From: Candidatus Spechtbacterales bacterium
GTDB taxonomy: Bacteria > Patescibacteriota > Minisyncoccia > Spechtbacterales > 2-12-FULL-38-22
Direction: 5' to 3'
Assembly (NCBI GenBank): GCA_033721955.1
Contig: JAWVZY010000003.1
Coordinates: forward strand, 1 to 35,890
Length of the DNA stretch: 35,890 nucleotides
The notes below the pieces were generated by a model, which ran no database searches, was not told the DNA's origin, and was given only the letters and a program-made list of their open reading frames with translations. Each line of letters opens with the position of its first letter. The first letter of the stretch is position 1. Shown one piece after another: positions 1 through 9,081 of the stretch. The position numbers and the translations under genes are program-made.

Positions 1-1
1 A

Positions 2-3000
2 TACCGATATAGTGAAGCGGGTGCTGAAACAGATGTAGGAACCGCAACTTGCGGTAGCCAATTTACCGACGGTACCACAAATGTTCAATTTACAATTGGA
101 GGCAATGGGTCGGTTACAGGAGGCGATGCATATAGCTTTATGGCATGGAAGGGCGCAACAGATGCAAACACTCAAAAAACCCTCCAATTCCAACAGGATG
201 CAGACACCCTTACCGTAGGCGCAGGGGAGACCTTAGAGCTTAAGGGTCAAACTTCAAGCACAAGTCCCACTATAGTAAACCATGCAGGTGCAGGAACAGA
301 GGGTTATTCCATAATTTCCGCAGGAGGTACCATTGACTTCAACGGAGTGGACTTCGATGAAATGGGAGGTACGGGGCAAACCATAGGAGTTGATTTGCAG
401 GCAGGTACTACAGTTACCGAGTTTAGCGGCCTTAATTTTGACAACTATGCTTCCGCAGAAACCACAGCCGCGTATGTGGGCGTGGTAGATAGTGTAATTT
501 CAGCTAACAGCACATTTACCGCACTTGTATTTGATAACACAACCTCAAATGCTGTATATAATGTAAATCTTTTAGATACAACTACGTGTACAAATGAGTG
601 GCTTTTCCAGAGTTCGGGAACTTTAGGTGGCGCTACAAATGGTGAGACAAATGACAATGATGATGGAGATGGCTCATGCGGCTCATCCAATAATGGAGCT
701 CTCCAGTGGGAGGATACAGTGTTTGTGTATATTACCGCCGGTACCTATAATAATTTAGAGATACACCCCGGAAGCATTGACCATATTCTGGGAACTGCAG
801 GTGGACAAACAATAACCTCACAGGGATATGCTGAAGTTGGAGACGGCACCACAACCGGAACTGCAAGGGCAGATACTTACGATACATTATTTGATATACA
901 GGATAATTTCTTAATAGATACAAATGCTACATTTATAGCATCATCTGCTTCAAGCTTGTCGGTTGCGGCAAACTGGACAAATAACGGAACATTTAACGCG
1001 AATTCAGGAACGGTTGAATTTGATGATGCTTCAAAAACAACTATTCTTGCCGGTGCCACAACATTCTATAATTTTCTTTCAACCGCGGCTGGAAATACTC
1101 TAAACTTTACTGCCTCATAAACATTTACGCTTGAGGGCCTCTTTACAATTACGGGCCAGAGTGGAAATCAAATTGCTATAAACTCTACAGATGATGATGC
1201 AAGCCCAACTCAATGGCTTGTAAATCACCAGGGTACAGAGGATGTAACTTATGCCAGTGTTAAAAATTCGGGCTGTGATCCGGCATCTACAGATATCGAC
1301 CTTACAGATGGCACCTCAACAGATGAGGGTAATAACGACCCTTGTTGGGTATTTGAGGCAGGGTTTACAATTACAGGAACTCTCTACCAGACAGATGAAA
1401 CAAACCCCTATGATTGTTCAACGGATGGAGGAGATAACGATGTAGACCTGAAACTCAGCGTTGAGGGTGCAGCCGCAAGTACAGCTGTATGCTCTGCCTC
1501 ATCAGGCGCCTATACATTTACAAATGTTAGTGCGGCCGCAAACAGTACGATAACTATATGGGCAGACGGCAACACCACATTTACCGGAAGCTTAGCATAT
1601 TCTACAGACGGTAGTGCCATATCCAACGCAGATCTCTACCAGGACAGGGTAATTCTAAGAGATGATGATAATTCAAATATAGCAACCACAGATCTTGCAA
1701 GCTGTGATAATGATACAGGTACCGGATGTACAGATACAGATATTGGCTTTACAGCAAACTCAGGCAATCTTGTTGTATCTGATGGCTTTGAGTTTCATGT
1801 ATGGACAGGAGATACATATACTCCGGGAGGAACTGTTACCACTTCGCCTTCAGGATCTGCAAGCTCAGCTGATGGAGATGTTCATATTTCATCATCTGCT
1901 ACGCTGGATATGGGCACAAATAATCTTTCTGTAGGCGGCGACTTTGATAATGACGGCACATTTTCAAAGACAGCAGCCCAGCTTACTACATTTACAGCAA
2001 CCGCCACTGGCCATACTATAAGTACCGGTTCCAGCGATTTTGATGACATTGATTTCAATGGCTCTGGTGGAGGTTGGACATTTTCTGATGCAAGCGACAC
2101 AATTGACGGTAACTTTACGGTAACCGCAGGTGCTTCAACTGCGCCATCGGGCACGCTTACGGTAGGTGGCAACTTTAATGATGAGGTAACAGGAGGTGGT
2201 TTTGCTCATAATTCAGGAACTGTGGCATTTGGCAGCGGCGACCATAATATTGGAGGCGCTACTACAGCGGGAGGTGATTTTGTTACATTTAATAATTTTA
2301 CAGCTCAATCCGCCGGCTCAACCCTTACATTTGAGGTTCCCGGAGGAAATAATGGTGAAATAAGAATAGAGGGCGCATTTACCGTAGAGGGAGCAAGTGG
2401 AAATGATATACAAATAAGATCATCAAGCGGCAGCACTCAGTGGCTTATAGACCACCAGGGAACTGAAAGTGTACAGTATGCTACAATAACTGATTCGGGC
2501 TGTGCTACGGGCACAACAAATATATCACTGGATAGCACAAGTACAAATGGCGGCAACACCGATCTATCCTGTTGGCTTTTCCCCGCTGCATCATTTACTC
2601 TAAATACCACTTCAATTTCATTGCCTATGAACAGCGGTAATACATTTACGGCAAGCGCCAATAACACCCTTACCGTGCAGAGTCAGAGCGAAAATGGCTT
2701 CGATGTATTTGCCTATCAAACACAATTCTTAACTGAACCCTCAACCTCAAATACCATACAGGACTGGAGCGGAACTTATGAGAGCCCAACTGCCTGGACG
2801 GGTAATTGTACAGATAATGGTGAATGTGGATGGGGTTATAATACTGACGATACTGATATCGGCTTTGGTTCTAATTATGCCGCCTTTGCCCCCGCTTCAG
2901 ACGCTCCCGGTGATTCAATATCAAAATCTACAACCGATACCGACCTTACAGATGATGTTGTCATAATTAATTACAAAACTTCGGTACTTAGCTCACAGCC

Positions 3001-3052
3001 CGCGGGAGAATACCTGACAACGATAGTTTACATTCTAACGCCAACGTTCTAA
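2..3052 (+). pseudogene. 3' part of a giant secreted adhesin/surface protein (beta-rich repeats, C-terminal WxL-like/pilin-like domain), interrupted by one in-frame TAA at 1118-1120; 5' end lies outside the window
   Basis: Frame 2 is open from base 2 to 1117 and again from 1121 to 3052. Track ORFs 140..1120 and 1910..3052 are in the same frame, and the gap translates as the same T/S/G/D-rich sequence (TFTLEGLFTITGQSGNQ...QWLVNHQGTE). Ends QPAGEYLTTIVYILTPTF. The stop may be a sequencing error rather than true pseudogenisation. Confidence 0.8.
968..2585 (+). repeat. Two diverged copies of a ~130-aa protein module (about 968-1358 and 2168-2585)
   Basis: F.(A/H)NSGTV.F...TF.NF....AG.TL.F...EG.FT..G.SGN.I.I.S...TQWL..HQGTE.V.YA....SGC...CW.F occurs in both copies. 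Confidence 0.85.
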
Positions 3053-3063
3053 TATAGTATATT

Positions 3064-4080
3064 ATGAAAAAATTTCTGATATTTTTTACCATTTTATTGT
3101 TTGCCTCTACCTCTTCAGTTAATGCTGAAGAGGTTGGTCTTGCCGCCACCCAAAACTTATTTGATATTGAAATTTTTTCAGGCAATTCATACGAGGGGGA
3201 AATAACCGTGTTTAATCAATCCGATAACCTTGCTTTGCCTGTGGGAGTTAAGCTTAATCTTTGGAATTTAAGTGAAAATACTGATGATATTGAATTTATA
3301 CAGGCAGAGGAGGCATTAAATGCTACAAAGTGGTTTAGCTTTGAAGAGGGTACAGAGTTTTTACTTACAGAAAAAGATACAAGCGAAGAGGCAAAAACAA
3401 TTCCCTTTACCATAAATGTTCCCCAAGATACACCTCCGGGCTCATATTTTGTCATGATGCGTTTTGAGGCAATAATACCGCCGCATTATTTTGAAGAGAC
3501 AGGCCCCAGAACTATTCCTGAAGTTGGTGTACTTTTCTTTATACGTGTAGTAGATCTTTCACTTGAAGGTGAGCGTATTAATTATTCAGCACAGATAGTA
3601 GCACTTGAGCCAAAAGACAAGGACCCCCTGCCTCTTACTGCCAGCTTAATTCCTTTACCAAGGGCTGAGGCGGGCGTTTTCGAGGATATGGTGCGTGAAA
3701 TTACAGCAAGCGTGCAAAATGATGGCATTTACCATTTCACTACTGAAGGGTTCATAGAGGTAAAAAATATGTTTGGTACAAAAATAGCTACTGCTGATTT
3801 GCCTAAAAAAATAATGATGCCCGGTCGTGTACGCAGTTTTGACGTTGAGATACTGGCAGAGGAGAGTTTTTGGCAGAGAAATTTCCGCCTTGGTCCTTAT
3901 AGCGCGACAATGCTTTTAACTGTACCCGAACATAAACAGCCCATAGTTCGCACCATGACTTTTTGGACATTTCCGTGGAAAGCTCTCGCTTTAGTTGTAA
4001 TTATGTTATTATTAATAACAGAGTTTAGAAACCGAATATTTAAGGCAATTAAAGTATTAACTTCAAAACAATATGAGTAA
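3064..4080 (+). CDS. WxLIP/DUF916-DUF3324-like, chaperone-like two-Ig-domain protein with signal peptide and C-terminal TM anchor
   Basis: Signal peptide; 'IPFTINVPQDTPPGSY', 'VQNDGIYHF...G.IEVKNMFG', 'PGRVR', 'GPYSA', 'FWTFPW', then a TM helix and basic tail; paralog of 28761..29750. Confidence 0.7.
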   Translation: MKKFLIFFTILLFASTSSVNAEEVGLAATQNLFDIEIFSGNSYEGEITVFNQSDNLALPVGVKLNLWNLSENTDDIEFIQAEEALNATKWFSFEEGTEFLLTEKDTSEEAKTIPFTINVPQDTPPGSYFVMMRFEAIIPPHYFEETGPRTIPEVGVLFFIRVVDLSLEGERINYSAQIVALEPKDKDPLPLTASLIPLPRAEAGVFEDMVREITASVQNDGIYHFTTEGFIEVKNMFGTKIATADLPKKIMMPGRVRSFDVEILAEESFWQRNFRLGPYSATMLLTVPEHKQPIVRTMTFWTFPWKALALVVIMLLLITEFRNRIFKAIKVLTSKQYE

Positions 4081-4765
4081 TAAATTAAAAATTGTATTTA
4101 TATCCTGCCTTTTATCTCTTATTGCATTTGGTGTTTTCGCTCAGCAAAGCCAGCCAAACATTGAGATTATAAGTCCGGCTGATGACGCTGTATTTCCTGA
4201 TGGAAGTGAATTAACGCTTTCCTACAGAGCTGAAAACTTTTCTTTTGTTGATTTTAAAAACAATCGTGAACCTTTTCCCGGAAATCCTAACGCAGGCCAC
4301 GCTCATTTTTGGGTAATTCCGGCTGATTTTGAAGGAGAATTAAACCATGATGCCGCCGAGAAACTACTCGATGATTTTAGGCCTGAAACCTTTTCGGTTG
4401 ACGGAGAGGGGGAGTATAAGGTGGTAATCGAACTTACTCAAAATCACCACAAATCATTTGACCCGCCTGTGCGGGATGAGGTTAATTTTTGGGTAGGTAG
4501 CGGACCTTCTGCGGGTGGAGAAATATTTAGCGCTCTTCAAGGCTCAGGGCCCCTATATAAATATTCAGCATTAGTTCTTCTTGGCTTACTTATAGCTTAT
4601 GCCGGATTTAAGGCCTATAAAAAATTTCGCTATAAAAAGAAGGTAGAAACTGCAAATGAAGGACTTCCTTTAAGTGATCCCGGAGGCCAAAAAACAGAGG
4701 ATACATCTACCGTAAGCTCAATAGAAGGTGAAAGTGACAATAATAGCAATTCTTCGGAGAACTAA
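4073..4765 (+). CDS. Exported membrane-anchored Ig-like protein with His motifs (DUF4399-like, possible metal binding)
   Basis: Signal peptide ending VFA-QQ; 'IEIISPADDA', 'GHAHFWV', 'ELTQNHH'; C-terminal TM and disordered tail. Confidence 0.6.
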   Translation: MSNKLKIVFISCLLSLIAFGVFAQQSQPNIEIISPADDAVFPDGSELTLSYRAENFSFVDFKNNREPFPGNPNAGHAHFWVIPADFEGELNHDAAEKLLDDFRPETFSVDGEGEYKVVIELTQNHHKSFDPPVRDEVNFWVGSGPSAGGEIFSALQGSGPLYKYSALVLLGLLIAYAGFKAYKKFRYKKKVETANEGLPLSDPGGQKTEDTSTVSSIEGESDNNSNSSEN

Positions 4766-4784
4766 TTGAAGATAAAATAAGATA

Positions 4785-4819
4785 ATAAAAAAGTAATCTA
4801 CACAAGATTACTTTTTTAT
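4785..4819. terminator. Intrinsic (possibly bidirectional) terminator
   Basis: Perfect inverted repeat ATAAAAAAGTAATCT-acaca-AGATTACTTTTTTAT after the stop of 4073..4765. Confidence 0.7.
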
Positions 4820-4835
4820 ATACTTTATCGTATAG

Positions 4836-4841
4836 TATAAT
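4836..4841 (+). promoter_or_regulatory. -10 box (TATAAT) for the sulfation/glycan operon, very short leader
   Basis: TATAAT ends 10 nt before ATG 4852; no SD and no clear -35. Confidence 0.45.
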
Positions 4842-4851
4842 AATACATAGT

Positions 4852-5040
4852 ATGCGGTTATTTTATGAGACAATTGAATGGAGAATAATAGCTATAATAA
4901 TTACCTTCGCAGTTACCTATATTTGGACCGGTAAAGTGTTAGAATCGGGGGTTTTTGCCCTTGTTTTACAGGGAATAAAAGCTGTTGTTTTTTATTTTTG
5001 GCTTAAATATAGAGAACCAAAATTGAGAACAGATAAATAA
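4852..5040 (+). CDS. DUF2061-family small membrane protein
   Basis: 'ETIEWRIIAIIITFAVTYIWTG......K.VVFYFW' matches the DUF2061 pattern; two TM helices; paralogous to the N-terminus of the next gene. Confidence 0.75.
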   Translation: MRLFYETIEWRIIAIIITFAVTYIWTGKVLESGVFALVLQGIKAVVFYFWLKYREPKLRTDK

Positions 5041-5046
5041 ATATAA

Positions 5047-6885
5047 ATGAAACTGTTTGCAGAAACAATTCAATGGCGCATTATAGCTATCTTGCTTACT
5101 CTTGGAGTTACTTATTTTTGGACGGGAAGCGTGGTTGAAGCAACCGGCTTTACCGCTGTTTTAGAGCTTGTAAAAATGACAAGCTATTATTTGTGGCGCA
5201 GGTTTGTTGAGTGGCGTAGAATTAAAACAGAAGAGAGCTTGCCTGTATTAAAGCTTTCAGACGATAAGCTGACTGACGCTATCAATTTAGGCAGGGGAGT
5301 GTATAGCCCGCTTGAAGGGTTTTTGGGTAAGGAAGATTTTGAAAGTGTTGCCCGCAACATGCGCCTGAAAAATGGCAAGGTATGGCCTATACCTATAACT
5401 TTAGATATACGCGAAGATGAATACAACAGAATAAAAACAAAAAAAGATATAGCTTTGGCGGATCAGAGTTCAAAAATAATAGCACTTTTACATAATGTAG
5501 AGATATATAAATACGATAGAAAATTTTTTGCTGAAAATGTCTTTGGCACAAATGATAGGGCTCATCCGGGCGTAGATGCTGTATATAAAATGGGTAAATA
5601 CCTTGTAGGCGGCAAGGTTGAGCTTATAAATAGTACCGACTTCACTACCGATTATAAGCGGTACTACCCGTATCCTGAATATAATTTTACGCCCGAACAG
5701 ACCCGCAAAGTGTTTAAAGAGAAGGGCTGGAATAGTGTGGTTGCTTTTCAGACAAGAAATGTTCCACACAGAGGACATGAATTTTTACAAAAAGCTGCAC
5801 TTGCAAAAACTGATGGACTTTTTGTTCAGCCCGTAATAGGAGAGAAAAAGATAAGCGATTTTAAGGATGAGTATATATTGGGAGCATATGAAGTACTTTT
5901 AGATAAGCACTACCCAAAAGATAAGGTCATGCTTGGTATTTTGCCTCTGAAAATGCGTTATGCGGGACCAAGAGAGGCTGTGATGCATGCATTAATTCGT
6001 CGTAATTACGGTTGCACGCATTTTATAGTGGGGAGAGATCATGCCGGTGTGGGTAATTATTACGGCCCTTATGATGCACAGGAAATATTTAATAATTTTG
6101 ATAAAGATGAGATAGGTATTGAGGTTATGACATTTCCCGAGGTGGTATATTGCCAAAAGCAAAATGAACATGTATTTAAAGACGCTGAATGTTGTGATAG
6201 CGGGGAACACCTAAGTTTTAGCGGAACCAAGATAAGAGAAATGATACAGAATAAAAAACAACCTCCCTTGTATTTGATGCGTCCTGAAGTGTATAATTTA
6301 TTAAGACAGAGCAATAACACTTTTGTAGATAAAATGTATAACGATCCTAAATTTAAAGAACAAAGCGGTTTTGTATTGTGGTTTACGGGACTTTCGGGCG
6401 CGGGTAAAACTACATTAGCAAATGCTGTACATGATCGCCTTAAAGAAGAGGGATATCGCCTTGAACGCCTTGATGGTGATATTGTGCGCGAGCATTTAAG
6501 CGCAGATCTCGGTTTTACAAAGGAAGATAGGGAGGAAAATATACGCAGAGTGGGTTTTGTAGCTAAGATGCTTAGTCAAAATGGTGTTGGTGTTCTTGCT
6601 TCATTTATCTCACCTTATCGCCATCAGAGGGCGAAACTAGCATCTGATATGAATAATTTTATAGAAGTTTATTGTAATGCTCCTCTTGAGGTGTGTGAGG
6701 CGCGGGACGTGAAGGGGCTTTATGCTAAGGCGCGCGAGGGAGAAATAGAAAACTTTACAGGTATTTCCCATCCCTATGAACATCCTGAAAATCCTCATAT
6801 TGAACTTGACACGCATAAAAATTCAGTTGGTGAATGCGCCGATCAAATCGTTAATTATTTGGAAGAGAATAATTTAATTAAATGA
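5047..6885 (+). CDS. sat-cysC: Bifunctional sulfate adenylyltransferase / adenylyl-sulfate kinase (PAPS synthase) with N-terminal DUF2061 membrane domain
   Basis: Sat motifs 'YSPLEGF', 'AFQTRNVPHRGHE', 'RYAGPREA', 'HFIVGRDHAGVG'; APS kinase 'WFTGLSGAGKTT', 'LDGD', 'RDVKGLY', 'FTGISHPYEHP'. Confidence 0.95.
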   Translation: MKLFAETIQWRIIAILLTLGVTYFWTGSVVEATGFTAVLELVKMTSYYLWRRFVEWRRIKTEESLPVLKLSDDKLTDAINLGRGVYSPLEGFLGKEDFESVARNMRLKNGKVWPIPITLDIREDEYNRIKTKKDIALADQSSKIIALLHNVEIYKYDRKFFAENVFGTNDRAHPGVDAVYKMGKYLVGGKVELINSTDFTTDYKRYYPYPEYNFTPEQTRKVFKEKGWNSVVAFQTRNVPHRGHEFLQKAALAKTDGLFVQPVIGEKKISDFKDEYILGAYEVLLDKHYPKDKVMLGILPLKMRYAGPREAVMHALIRRNYGCTHFIVGRDHAGVGNYYGPYDAQEIFNNFDKDEIGIEVMTFPEVVYCQKQNEHVFKDAECCDSGEHLSFSGTKIREMIQNKKQPPLYLMRPEVYNLLRQSNNTFVDKMYNDPKFKEQSGFVLWFTGLSGAGKTTLANAVHDRLKEEGYRLERLDGDIVREHLSADLGFTKEDREENIRRVGFVAKMLSQNGVGVLASFISPYRHQRAKLASDMNNFIEVYCNAPLEVCEARDVKGLYAKAREGEIENFTGISHPYEHPENPHIELDTHKNSVGECADQIVNYLEENNLIK

Positions 6886-8171
6886 GAGGAAAGATAAAAT
6901 CTTTATGGGCTAATCGTGTGATTCGCGGTGGTAGCGCTTTATACATAGGAGGCATTTTGGTAAATGTCTTTAATTATTTTTATAGAGTTGCTATGGGCAG
7001 AATGATGAGCCCTGCTGATTTTGGAGAGGTTATTGCCTTGATATCTCTTATTATGATATTAACTGTTCCCTCCACACCCTTGCATTCGGCGGGGGTTAGG
7101 TTTACATCTGAATTTAAGGCAAAAGGCCAGTTATCAAAAATAAAAAGTTTAATAGTCCGCCTAACGGGTTTTGTAACTTTAATAGTATCTGTATTTGCGG
7201 TTCTTGCCATAATACTTGCCGAACCTCTGCAGCAATTTTTAAGCATATCTTCGTTACCTGTATTTTATGTTTTTGTAATATCTATTGCCTTGCTTACAAT
7301 TTCAAGTGTGAATAGAGGAGTTTTGCCCGGACTTGAACGTTTTAAAAAAACTGCCGCAATGATAACTGTAGAGGGCGCTGTTAAGTTTTTTGCAGCTGTT
7401 TTATTGGTTTCTGCGGGCTTTCAGATAGTAGGCGCTCTTAGCGCTGTTGTTATATCGGTCGCTATACTTATTGCTATGTCATTTTATTATTTGAAAGATA
7501 TCCTTAAAGTAAAAGGTGATGGCCATTTTAGCGTAGATAGCAAGGTACTGGCATATATGTTTTTTGCGTTTCTTTCATTTTTATTTTTGAACATTATTTT
7601 GAATTCAGATGTTATTTTGGTTAAGCGCTATTTTAGCGCTGATGATGCAGGTCTTTATTCTGCGATATCTACAGTGGGCAGAATAGTATTTATAGCAGGT
7701 ACCGCGCTTGGAGGTATAATGTTTCCCATTGTACGTCGTAAAAAAGATACCGGAGAAAATTATTTTAAACCCTTTGCTATTACAGTAGCTTTAATTTTGG
7801 CAATAACTATACTTGCTTCAGCATTTTTATTTTTATTCCCGGAATTTACCATGCAGCTGCTTTTTGGGGGAAAATACCTTGAGGGAGCTTCTATATTGGG
7901 TTATTATGGCGTTGCAATGGGTCTTATAGCAGTAATTTTTATCTCAAGCTCTTTCTTTTTGGCTGTAGATAAATTTTCCTATCTGTACGGGCTTTTTGCA
8001 GCCAGCATGCTTCAATTAGTGTTAATAAAATTTTGGCACGCAAGCTTTTTAGATGTTATAAGGGCGTTGTTTATAAGTATAAGTTTATATCTATTATGGG
8101 CACTGATTCTCACTCTCACGCAATACAAAAGGGAGATAGAAAATATAAGGGTCAACAAAATAGCCACATAA
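6882..8171 (+). CDS. wzx: Oligosaccharide flippase (Wzx/MOP superfamily)
   Basis: About 12 hydrophobic helices; 'R.MSPADFG', 'D.ILVKRYF...AGLYSA'; glycan cluster context. Confidence 0.85.
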   Translation: MRGKIKSLWANRVIRGGSALYIGGILVNVFNYFYRVAMGRMMSPADFGEVIALISLIMILTVPSTPLHSAGVRFTSEFKAKGQLSKIKSLIVRLTGFVTLIVSVFAVLAIILAEPLQQFLSISSLPVFYVFVISIALLTISSVNRGVLPGLERFKKTAAMITVEGAVKFFAAVLLVSAGFQIVGALSAVVISVAILIAMSFYYLKDILKVKGDGHFSVDSKVLAYMFFAFLSFLFLNIILNSDVILVKRYFSADDAGLYSAISTVGRIVFIAGTALGGIMFPIVRRKKDTGENYFKPFAITVALILAITILASAFLFLFPEFTMQLLFGGKYLEGASILGYYGVAMGLIAVIFISSSFFLAVDKFSYLYGLFAASMLQLVLIKFWHASFLDVIRALFISISLYLLWALILTLTQYKREIENIRVNKIAT

Positions 8172-9073
8172 ATAAAAAACCGGACTTTTTTATAGTTGGA
8201 GCGGGCAAGAGCGGCACTACATCAATGCATGAATATTTAAAGCAGCACCCCGGTATTTTTATGCCAACCTTAAAGGATGCTGCATTTTTCGGCAGTGATA
8301 TAAAATATAAGCACGGACGATTATTTAAAGATTTAGATGATTATTTGCGTATATTTAGGAGTGCCCTAGATAATCAAATAATAGGTGATTCTTGTGTTGC
8401 ATACCTGGAATCGAAAAATGCGCCACAAGAGATAAAAGAATTTAATTCCGCGGCAAAGATTATTATAATGCTGCGCAACCCCGCCGAGCAGATGTACTCT
8501 CAATACAGACATATGCTTTGGGAGGGAAATGAGGTACTAGATAGTTTTAGTGAGGCGTTGGATGCCGAGGAGGCGAGAAAAAGAGGAGAGCGAATTCCCG
8601 CTAATACAAATTATCCACCTGCTCTTTTTTACAGAGAGGTGGCAAGTTATAGTAAAAAAGTGAAAAGATATTTTGATGTATTTGGAAGAGAAAATGTTCA
8701 TATTATAATTTTTGATGATTTTAAAAGCGACACAGCGGGAGTTTATAGAGATACTCTGTATTTTCTGGGAGTAAATGAGGATTTTTGTCCTGAATTTGAG
8801 CGCGTTAATGTGGGCAAAGCTCCCCGCTCAAGAATGCTTCAAAAAATGCTCTCCGGCGGTTTGCCTAAATTTATTACAACACCTATCAAAAAAATAATAC
8901 CCTGGACTTTTATAAATAGCATTTTGGAAAAACTTAAGAATATAAATTCTAAAAAAACACAACACAGACCTTTGGATAAAGAATTAAAGCGGCAATTATT
9001 ACAAGATTTTGAGCAAGAGATAAATGAATTAGAAAATATTATAGGTAGAGACCTAAGTTTTTGGCGTAAATAG
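8168..9073 (+). CDS. PAPS-dependent sulfotransferase (start uncertain: ATA 8168, ATG about 8096 or TTG 8033)
   Basis: 5'-PSB motif 'PDFFIVGAGKSGTTS', 'YLKQHP', 3'-PB motif 'IIMLRNPAEQMYSQY', C-terminal 'GRDLSFW'. Confidence 0.9.
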   Translation: MNKKPDFFIVGAGKSGTTSMHEYLKQHPGIFMPTLKDAAFFGSDIKYKHGRLFKDLDDYLRIFRSALDNQIIGDSCVAYLESKNAPQEIKEFNSAAKIIIMLRNPAEQMYSQYRHMLWEGNEVLDSFSEALDAEEARKRGERIPANTNYPPALFYREVASYSKKVKRYFDVFGRENVHIIIFDDFKSDTAGVYRDTLYFLGVNEDFCPEFERVNVGKAPRSRMLQKMLSGGLPKFITTPIKKIIPWTFINSILEKLKNINSKKTQHRPLDKELKRQLLQDFEQEINELENIIGRDLSFWRK

Positions 9074-9081
9074 CAAAAATT

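Noticed and set aside
1118-1120. Stop-codon reassignment or alternative genetic code explaining the internal stop
   Set aside because: The stop is TAA, which terminates most genes here. TGA also acts as stop (ATGA overlaps), so code 25 does not apply.
1251-2966. Short + strand ORFs 1251..1445, 1695..1934 and 2778..2966, and 1910..3052 as an independent gene
   Set aside because: The short ORFs are off-frame shadows of the adhesin. ATG 1910 is an internal Met with no signal peptide.
4794-4802. TAATCTACA as a fourth phased DnaA-like box (42 nt before the -10 at 4836)
   Set aside because: It has two mismatches and lies inside a terminator stem, so it is too weak to count.
5047-6885. Dissimilatory sulfate reduction or sulfur oxidation
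   Set aside because: Sat is fused to APS kinase and linked to a sulfotransferase; no apr, dsr or qmo genes in the window.
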